Source: a virus
DNA: 64,000 nt
Virus record (IMG/VR): IMGVR_UViG_3300033056_000001
Span: 1-64,000 of that record
Reading direction: 5' to 3' (one strand)
This document shows, one piece after another, positions 7,938 to 14,817 of this stretch (positions are counted from its first letter, which is position 1; every line of letters starts with the position of its first letter). A model generated the notes under the pieces. The model was given only the letters and a program-made list of their open reading frames with translations. It ran no database searches and was not told the origin of the DNA. The position numbers and the translations under genes are program-made.

Positions 7938-7961
7938 ACGTTATTGTCTATGCTTTTTTAT
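7931..7961. terminator. Intrinsic terminator between convergent genes
   Basis: Perfect 9-bp hairpin AGCATAGAC-gttatt-GTCTATGCT followed by TTTTTT. An A-tract on the other side allows bidirectional function. Confidence 0.7.
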
Positions 7962-7967
7962 TTACCA

Positions 7968-9506
7968 TCAGTTACCGGTTATCATTCGGTCATCAACAAA
8001 TATACTACCGACTTGAAGCCAACCGCGAACAACATATTTACTTCCAGCCGTTCCAACCTCTGAAAGAGTTCCTACATTTTCAACGTAAGTGTCGTACCCT
8101 GTTATAGATGATGGTTTTGCGTCGTTCATATGTCTTGTAGTCTTTTTAGCGAAAAAGTGGATATTCCCAACGTATCCTGTAGTGTTGACATCTTTAATGA
8201 TATTACCTTGATTAGAGTTTGACGTAGAATAAACTCCGAACTTGTTATTAACCGATGTTTTAGTCGTATCAATCGATTCTATAATAATATTTTTAAGGAG
8301 GATGTTTGTTGGTTGGGAAATACCATTTGAATCTAATAAAATACCATGCCCTTTAGTTGCTGTAGACGTATCATTTTTACCGTTTGTACCCTTAACTGTA
8401 TTGTCTGTAATAACTAACCTATCCGAACCAGCCAGAACCACAATACCGTTATTTGAAGCGTTTAATATTTTATTACTGCTTGCAACGGTTCCCTTTGTAT
8501 TATACAGAGTTAATGCACCCATACTTCCGTAAGAACTACTTTCGTCTACTATATTTCCGCTAACGATATTATCATCTGACTGCCAAATTTCAATTTGATG
8601 GAATCGATTATTCTTAGACGTGTTTCCGATAATCGTATTTTGATAAGCTACTTTACCGCTGCCCCCGAATGATGTAATCCCTTCTTGTCCGTTACCTTCA
8701 CAGTAATTTCCGATAGCTTTACAATATCGAGCGCCTTTGCCTAACGTCGAGTTGTAACCGAATAAGATACCCTGACCGCCGTTATTCTTAACTCTGGGAT
8801 TGTTTAATACGAATACGCGAGTTCCGCTTAATACGTTTATGTGTGCGCAGTCGTTTTGTTCTACAGCGTAACCTCCAAACTCGGCAGGGTTATCGAAGAT
8901 GCTGTTAGTAATCAATATATTATCGCTATCGTTGTCGACAATAATACTGCTTTTTGTGATGTTGTTGAACTCACAGTTAGATACGTAGGAATTTTTCGCA
9001 CCGTAATAGTAAACACCAACAACGCCAATGTTTGTGAATTTACAACGCTCAAACGAGACTCTTTCTTTACCGTCCGCTTGAACTACGAAATTGTATCCAT
9101 CAAAATTAATTCCGATAAATAAGTTTCTATTCATAGCGTCCATGAATTTAGTCGTACCGCTGCCTGCTATCTTCGATTGGTTTCCGACAAACGTAAGATC
9201 ATCATAAGAAGTTATTTTCGTTTTTATATTGTATGTTTTATTATTTTTTAGAGTAACAATACGCTTACCATCGGTATTTGCTTTGTTTACAGCACGTTGA
9301 AATCTAGCCGAATCATCAACCTCGGGAGCAACGATAGGGAATGATTCCAAATGTACGGAACTCTCAGCCAAAACATCAATTTTATCTGCATTCTCTTTCG
9401 CCTTTGTGTCGAGTTTCGTAAAGTTATTATTTAACTCCGTCCGTTTGAAATAATCCGTCTCCGCCCATATATCCATTCCTAGATTCGGTGTTTTATTCGA
9501 TGCCAT
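7968..9506 (-). CDS. Tailspike / second receptor-binding protein with right-handed parallel beta-helix (pectate-lyase-like depolymerase fold)
   Basis: 512 aa. The N-terminus MASNKTPNLGMDIWAETDYFKRTELNNNFTKLD is homologous to the N-terminus of the adjacent fibre. Repeated PbH1-like units are present (ILITNSIFDN, VKNNGGQGILFG, IGNYCEGNGQEGITSFG, IIGNTSKNNRFHQIEIW, VSGNIVDES, ILNASNNGIVVLAG, ITDNTVKG). GC is lower than in the tail genes. Confidence 0.75.
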   Translation of the reverse strand: MASNKTPNLGMDIWAETDYFKRTELNNNFTKLDTKAKENADKIDVLAESSVHLESFPIVAPEVDDSARFQRAVNKANTDGKRIVTLKNNKTYNIKTKITSYDDLTFVGNQSKIAGSGTTKFMDAMNRNLFIGINFDGYNFVVQADGKERVSFERCKFTNIGVVGVYYYGAKNSYVSNCEFNNITKSSIIVDNDSDNILITNSIFDNPAEFGGYAVEQNDCAHINVLSGTRVFVLNNPRVKNNGGQGILFGYNSTLGKGARYCKAIGNYCEGNGQEGITSFGGSGKVAYQNTIIGNTSKNNRFHQIEIWQSDDNIVSGNIVDESSSYGSMGALTLYNTKGTVASSNKILNASNNGIVVLAGSDRLVITDNTVKGTNGKNDTSTATKGHGILLDSNGISQPTNILLKNIIIESIDTTKTSVNNKFGVYSTSNSNQGNIIKDVNTTGYVGNIHFFAKKTTRHMNDAKPSSITGYDTYVENVGTLSEVGTAGSKYVVRGWLQVGSIFVDDRMITGN

Positions 9507-9529
9507 TTAATCGACTCCCTTCGTTGTTA

Positions 9530-9563
9530 AAACGCAAATAAGCCCGCAAGTTAATGCGAGCTT
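9530..9563 (-). terminator. Intrinsic terminator after the tail fibre gene
   Basis: Minus strand reads AAGCTCGCA-ttaact-TGCGGGCTT followed by ATTTGCGTTTT. Overlaps the fibre stop codon. Confidence 0.5.
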
Positions 9564-11586
9564 ACTCTGCGATAGGTTTTAACGATTCAATTTCCGCTTT
9601 AAGTGCCGAGATTTCCGCATTTGACGCCTCAATGTGCGCTTCAAATTTCGCAGATAACTCCTGAACCGATTTAATAAGTGGCGCAATAAACTCTTCGTAA
9701 CCAACCGTTAATACGTCGCTACCACCGTTTTCTTTATGGTCTTGGAATCCGCCGAACTCAGCGCCCGTTTCGTCCATAACCGCTTTAACTTCTTGCGCGA
9801 TAACGCCTTGATGATAGCGAGTGCGCTTCTTGCTGCCGTCGTGATCGTTTACGATGATTTCGCCAGTTTCTTCGTTAACAACGAGATAGTCATCGCGATA
9901 GTCCCAACGGAAATCAACCGGACGAATCTTCTTAATGAAATCGAGTCCAAGCTGCGTATCACGAATGTCCGCCTTGTCGCGCATGTCTGAACGGTTCTGA
10001 ATAGCGCCGTAAGCATAAACGGTAGTACCCGTTGTCCCGAGTTGAATTTGATTGTCGCCACTAATACGGCTGTCAAATCCGATTGCAGTAGATCCGCTTG
10101 CTCCTACGGTGTTTGTGCCGTCTTGGTTATAGCGCATTGCTCCGTACCCTAATGCGGTATTCTTGTCGCCAAAACTTACGTTAATGCCTGACAATGCGCC
10201 AATCATTACGTTAAAGTCGCCGACTAAGTTACGTCCCGACCACGTTCCAAGCGCCGTGTTATTCTGACCACTCAACGAGTTCTCCATCGAATAGTTTCCG
10301 ATACTCGTATTGTTGTCGCTGACTTTAAGGTTCGCCGAGTTATTCGAATACCATGAGCTCGTTACTGATCCGCTTGTATTGTTATCGATAGGCGCTGTAA
10401 TTTCGAACGTGTCATTTAGAACGTTGGAGATGACGTATTGATTCTCCTCGACCGTTTTTAAGTTAGCGCCTGACGTCAGTAACAACGAAACAAGGTAACC
10501 GTTTTGTAAGCCATGCGCCGGAATAGTTACCGTAATCTTTTTGCCGGACCATACGTAAGTGCCAGATCCGCTCCAAGCGATTTTATTCTTGCCGTCGACT
10601 GTCATATCGGATTGTAAGTTGTACAGCGAGTTATAGCCCATTGATACGTTGTTTTTTGCTTTCGTAATGTTCATTGCGCTATATGAACCGACTGCCGTGT
10701 TATTGTCGCCGACTGTATTTAACAGCGCATTGTTACCGATTGCAGTAACGTTGTTAATGTCGTATTTCGTGTAGTCGACAATCTGGCCGGTTAAATCTAA
10801 CGGAGCCACGCCGCCGATTGCGTTAACGCCAAGCGCCGTATTATAGCTTCCGTTCTTCGTACACTGCATCGAGTTACGTCCGATTGCTAAGTTGTGATGT
10901 CCGTTGATGTTATAACGAAGGGCGTTGATTCCGATACCTACGTTACGAGTTGCGTTAAATGAATCTGACGTGTCCGTTAACTTCGTATTTAGAAGCGCCT
11001 CGTTTCCGATTGCGATGTTATGTTTCTCTCCGCTAAGTGCGGAAGATAACGCATCCCAACCGATTGCGATGTTGTTGTACGAACCGACTGCGTTCTTCAT
11101 CGCGTAGCCGCCGATTGCGATATTTTTGTAGAATTTATTGGATCCGTCATAACTCGGAAATGTTGGCGCCTGTGCTGCCGCTCCGAGTCCAGCAGAAATA
11201 ACGCCGTGATTCATTCGCATGACGTTCGCAAAGCTGGCGTCTAAGTAAGCGCCGTTATTTAAAAATCTTCCGTTCACGTATTTGTTTTTCGTAGGTAACG
11301 AGTTTACTAAGTACGTTTTCCCGCCGAGGTCAACGACTTTATCGGCGAAAGTAGATTCGATCGTATTAAATACCGCCGAATCGTTCGCTACTCCGTCACC
11401 TACTGCGTTAAATTCCCGCAAGTTAATAATGCCGTCGGTCTTCTTCGCTAATGCGTCAAAACCGGCTGACACTACCGTTGCGTGAGCGTCGATCTTATCG
11501 AAGTTATCATTAAACTCCTCGCGGTCAACATTATCGATTGGCGCCCACGTATTTAGATTCAAATTCGGTGTTTGATATGTCGCCAT
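9562..11586 (-). CDS. Tail fibre with YadA-head-like repeats and a C-terminal Peptidase_S74 intramolecular chaperone domain
   Basis: 674 aa. Many N(T/I)A(I/L/V)G..A repeats (NIAIGGYAM, NIAIGWDAL, NIAIGNEAL, NVGIGINAL, NLAIGRNSM, NTALGVNAI, VTAIGNNAL, NTAVGSYSA...). C-terminus SDMRDKADIRDTQLGLDFIKKIRPVDFRWDY...GVIAQEV...LTVGYEEFIAPLIKSVQEL plus a coiled coil is typical of auto-cleaving S74 chaperones. Confidence 0.85.
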   Translation of the reverse strand: MATYQTPNLNLNTWAPIDNVDREEFNDNFDKIDAHATVVSAGFDALAKKTDGIINLREFNAVGDGVANDSAVFNTIESTFADKVVDLGGKTYLVNSLPTKNKYVNGRFLNNGAYLDASFANVMRMNHGVISAGLGAAAQAPTFPSYDGSNKFYKNIAIGGYAMKNAVGSYNNIAIGWDALSSALSGEKHNIAIGNEALLNTKLTDTSDSFNATRNVGIGINALRYNINGHHNLAIGRNSMQCTKNGSYNTALGVNAIGGVAPLDLTGQIVDYTKYDINNVTAIGNNALLNTVGDNNTAVGSYSAMNITKAKNNVSMGYNSLYNLQSDMTVDGKNKIAWSGSGTYVWSGKKITVTIPAHGLQNGYLVSLLLTSGANLKTVEENQYVISNVLNDTFEITAPIDNNTSGSVTSSWYSNNSANLKVSDNNTSIGNYSMENSLSGQNNTALGTWSGRNLVGDFNVMIGALSGINVSFGDKNTALGYGAMRYNQDGTNTVGASGSTAIGFDSRISGDNQIQLGTTGTTVYAYGAIQNRSDMRDKADIRDTQLGLDFIKKIRPVDFRWDYRDDYLVVNEETGEIIVNDHDGSKKRTRYHQGVIAQEVKAVMDETGAEFGGFQDHKENGGSDVLTVGYEEFIAPLIKSVQELSAKFEAHIEASNAEISALKAEIESLKPIAE

Positions 11587-11598
11587 CTCACCGCCTCC

Positions 11599-12612
11599 TT
11601 AATCGAATTCTAATCGTATTCCTAAATCGCTAAATTTCAGTACGTCCGTATCTGCTTGCGTCGTATTCTCTAATCTCGACCAGGTTGCCGGAGCCTGCGG
11701 ATATGAAGCCTGCAACGTTTCCCACGAATAGCTATTTGCGTCCTCGAATCGCATGTCGACCGCTTCAACCTCCGACCACGGCACGAATGAATATCCGAAA
11801 ACAGGCTTGATGTGCGCCGGTATGACTTCCTGGACTGCGTGCTTAACGTCCGGCATATTCTTCGGCACACCTCGCCGCTCAGTAATCTTGATGTTTAAAG
11901 AGTTTGCCGAGTTTCGTTCGGTTACGTCCGATTTATAAAACGAGCCCACAATCGACTTCATGGTCGCCAACGTTGACGTATTTGTTCCGCGTAGCTTTGC
12001 GTTAATAAGATTTCGTCTTGCTTCATTCGAACGATTCGGTACGTACTCTATGCCGAGAATGTTTTCCCAACGGTCGAGCGTGACGTCATTACTAACGACG
12101 AAGAATTGATCGAATAAACGATTTAACTCCGCTCGTACTTTTGTAATCTCGTTAGCTTCCGTTTGAATAATTTTCATAGCTTCGCGAATGTCGCCGTAAT
12201 ACTTCGGCAAGTAATCTTTCATTGCGTAAAGGTTGTCGCGGTCAGTTCGATACGCTGTCGCTGTGGCCGTTGCAGTAACCGAAGCGCTAACTGTTTTGTA
12301 AACGATGACTCGACCGGTAGCTTTCGCTGTTGCAGTGGCGCTACCTTTTGCGTATTTAAGAAGTCGAAACTGCTTCGTCGAAATAGTCGATTTTGCCAGC
12401 ACGCTAGCCTTGACGTATCGGACAGTGCGAGTATTAGCAACAGTAGACGCCGCTCCCGAAGAAGCCGCGCCTGTTTTCATTCGCTTGATGATTTTCGCTT
12501 GTACTTTAGCCGAACCGGTAAGGTTTCCTTTAGAACGATAAATAGCCCGCGCTTTACCTTGCGTGGTTGCTTTCGCCTGCAGCGTGTTTATGCCAAGCGT
12601 TATAATCGCCAT
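11599..12612 (-). CDS. XkdU-like baseplate/fibre-associated protein (DUF2313) with low-complexity N-terminal extension
   Basis: The C-terminal 210 aa starts MKDYLPKYYGDIREAMKII...LDRWENILGI, a DUF2313-type sequence. The N-terminal ~125 aa is an Ala/Thr/Lys-rich repeat. Its position after the baseplate J gene matches PBSX. Confidence 0.7.
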   Translation of the reverse strand: MAIITLGINTLQAKATTQGKARAIYRSKGNLTGSAKVQAKIIKRMKTGAASSGAASTVANTRTVRYVKASVLAKSTISTKQFRLLKYAKGSATATAKATGRVIVYKTVSASVTATATATAYRTDRDNLYAMKDYLPKYYGDIREAMKIIQTEANEITKVRAELNRLFDQFFVVSNDVTLDRWENILGIEYVPNRSNEARRNLINAKLRGTNTSTLATMKSIVGSFYKSDVTERNSANSLNIKITERRGVPKNMPDVKHAVQEVIPAHIKPVFGYSFVPWSEVEAVDMRFEDANSYSWETLQASYPQAPATWSRLENTTQADTDVLKFSDLGIRLEFD

Positions 12613-12625
12613 TTAATACACCGCC

Positions 12626-13012
12626 TTACGCTAACGTGATTGTAACGTCGCCCGCTGCTACTTTTAGTTGGTCCGTAGACGAAATAGTTTTCGCTGTTGT
12701 TAGTACGCCGTAATAAAGCATGTTGCCCGCTGTTGCTGCGTCATAGATAGCGAAATGTGTGACGGTTCCCCAGCCGGCAGTTGCGACCGGAAATAGTACG
12801 TCTGCCGAGTTCGAGCTCGCTCCGTTTGAAGGTGCTGCGAAAGCCATCGACTGACGAGCGTATGCGCCGCCTGTAACTTCTGTTCCTGTTGCTGCGTCTG
12901 TAGGATCGCTAGTAAATAACGCCATGTAGACCGTTGCTGGCGCTGTATATGCTTGACCACGTAAGGTTGCGTTAACCAACGCGTTTTCTAAATAATCGCT
13001 CATTGCTGTCAT
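12626..13012 (-). CDS. Conserved phage tail-associated protein (function unknown)
   Basis: 128 aa. The pattern LRGQAYTAP..VYMALFTSDPTD..TGTEVTGGAYARQ...FP.ATAGWGTVTHFAIYDA..GNMLYYG recurs in many prophage tail modules (from memory). Confidence 0.5.
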   Translation of the reverse strand: MTAMSDYLENALVNATLRGQAYTAPATVYMALFTSDPTDAATGTEVTGGAYARQSMAFAAPSNGASSNSADVLFPVATAGWGTVTHFAIYDAATAGNMLYYGVLTTAKTISSTDQLKVAAGDVTITLA

Positions 13013-13025
13013 CTAAAATTCCTCC

Positions 13026-14093
13026 TTAGTTTTGCGTTACGACAACCGCACCAACAAACGGCACTTCATCGTCCGATAGAATAATATTTGCAACGGATCC
13101 GTTAACGGTTAAGTTTGCGTAATCGACTACGCCTTCAGCGTCAAGAATGGCGTTACCAATCTGCGAATAACGGACCGTCGTTTGTTCAAATGCGACGCTC
13201 TTTAGATAAGTTGTAACGTTATCGATAATGGTTGCAGTAATTGAATCGATAGAAGCTCCGTCAACTAGCGTTAATGTTGCTCTAACGTCGATTGGCACTT
13301 CGTTAACTCCTACAACCGTAACGTCTGCACCGATTGGACGAACAGACTCGATGTACGTATTCGCTGCGTCAATAACTGTCTGCGAAGGACATCGCTTCTC
13401 TTCGTTAACAAGTACGACTTTAACTGTTCCGGCGCCATTCCATAACGGATAACACCTAACGTCAGATACACCGTTAACCTCTTTCGCCCAGGCTTCGTAT
13501 TGATATTTGTTTCCGCTAGTAATCGGACGACTTACGTATTCTTGATAACGAGCGTATAAAGCTTCGTCATCTTCTTCGTCATAGCCGCCAGTAAATTCTG
13601 CGGTATTTGTAACGCCAACAATTCCTTCACTTACTAGTTCGCCGAGGTCAACGATTTCGTCTGCGCCTACGTTTCCATCAACGCCGCCTACTTCCGCTTC
13701 TGCAGGTGCTAGTGCAAAGCCGTCCGTAATTGTGACCGTTTCAGTTGTAACGAAGTAGATCGGTTCTTCATCGAGTGTACTTACGCGTGTATCTGCCGGA
13801 ATATCAATACCTTCGGATCCTGTAAACCGAAGCATTCCCGTCGCCTTTACCGCTGCCTTTCGCGTCAATCCTTGCTCGGCTACTTTGCGGTCGAGGTATT
13901 CGCCGTATGCTCCGTCAGCAAATCCGAGGTCGAGCACGTTATCCATTTCCATATAAGCTTGCGCAAATTCAAGCGCTGCAGGTGCCAGCATGTCATAAAC
14001 GACCGAACCTTCTCGCTTATCGACGTCGGAAGGGATGCGAGCCAACATGCGTTCAAGAATGGATTCGTATGTTTCGCCGTCAAATATCGTCAT
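13026..14093 (-). CDS. Baseplate J-like protein (XkdT-like)
   Basis: 355 aa. N-terminus YESILERMLARIPSDVDKREGSVVYDMLAPAALEFAQ is typical of the Baseplate_J family. Gene order is PBSX-like. Confidence 0.85.
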   Translation of the reverse strand: MTIFDGETYESILERMLARIPSDVDKREGSVVYDMLAPAALEFAQAYMEMDNVLDLGFADGAYGEYLDRKVAEQGLTRKAAVKATGMLRFTGSEGIDIPADTRVSTLDEEPIYFVTTETVTITDGFALAPAEAEVGGVDGNVGADEIVDLGELVSEGIVGVTNTAEFTGGYDEEDDEALYARYQEYVSRPITSGNKYQYEAWAKEVNGVSDVRCYPLWNGAGTVKVVLVNEEKRCPSQTVIDAANTYIESVRPIGADVTVVGVNEVPIDVRATLTLVDGASIDSITATIIDNVTTYLKSVAFEQTTVRYSQIGNAILDAEGVVDYANLTVNGSVANIILSDDEVPFVGAVVVTQN

Positions 14094-14527
14094 TACGTCA
14101 CCTCCAATTCGTCGAATTTGATTTCTTCGCCGTTACTATCCGTAATAGAAAACGAAATCGTAACCGTGTCTCCTATAGCCGTAACCTTTAAGTCGTTTAT
14201 ACTATCGATACGATCGTCATAAACCAACGCTTCCTCGATAACGCGCGGTATGTCCGTTTCGATAAACGCCTTTGTTACGCTGGAACCGATGAGGTCTTCG
14301 AGTTCGCATCCGTATTCGTCTGTGTAAATTAAAAACCGCTCACGGGCTGTAATTAACGCCTTGTGAATGGCTTGCTGTAACGCTTCAGTTTCATCGATAA
14401 AACCGCCGATGCGGCCGGTTGTGAAATCGAGTTTATATGTTTTCGAAGGCTGGACGTCTTCTTCCGCTTCTGTTTCGGCAAGAAGTTCCGCCAATTCCTC
14501 TTCGCTAAAGTCCGGTACTAAAGGCAT
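14093..14527 (-). CDS. Baseplate wedge protein, XkdS-like (DUF2634 / gp25-W-like)
   Basis: 144 aa. IGGFIDETEALQQAIHKALITARERFLIYTDEYGCELEDLIG motif. ATGA-type coupling to its neighbours. Confidence 0.65.
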   Translation of the reverse strand: MPLVPDFSEEELAELLAETEAEEDVQPSKTYKLDFTTGRIGGFIDETEALQQAIHKALITARERFLIYTDEYGCELEDLIGSSVTKAFIETDIPRVIEEALVYDDRIDSINDLKVTAIGDTVTISFSITDSNGEEIKFDELEVT

Positions 14528-14805
14528 TAATATCTCACCGCCTTATCTAATACGTAAAATAATGTTTGGGCTTCGTTGCTGGCTACGATAACACGGTCGC
14601 CTTCTTGTAACGGAGTGTCAGATAACCTACCTGCGAAGATCAAATCGCCTTTATCTAAATCGAAGCCAAGACTGTCAATCCGAATCAAGACTTCCGGAGG
14701 CGGCGCTGTGACCGTTCCGAGTTCGATTTCGACGTCTTTGTTGTGGCCGTGTTTGCGCATCAACTGCACTAGTTGCGAGAATCCATCGCCTTGCGGTTTT
14801 GTCAT
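14527..14805 (-). CDS. XkdR-like small baseplate protein (DUF2577)
   Basis: 92 aa. Called from position and size, between the hub and the wedge gene as in PBSX. Confidence 0.5.
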   Translation of the reverse strand: MTKPQGDGFSQLVQLMRKHGHNKDVEIELGTVTAPPPEVLIRIDSLGFDLDKGDLIFAGRLSDTPLQEGDRVIVASNEAQTLFYVLDKAVRY

Positions 14806-14817
14806 ACGATCGCCTCC

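Larger units (their letters stand above)
6520..9563. other. Low-GC accessory island (wzy-like moron plus depolymerase tailspike) inserted between the tail fibre and lysis modules
   Basis: Visibly AT-rich compared with its flanks. Bounded by terminators at 9530..9563 and 7931..7961, and has its own promoter at 6550. Confidence 0.55.

Noticed and set aside
12163-12639. Plus-strand 158-aa ORF (and 12305..12541) antisense to the DUF2313 gene
   Set aside because: Its Arg/Ser/Cys-rich composition mirrors the Ala/Thr-rich repeat on the coding strand. It has no RBS and no operon context.
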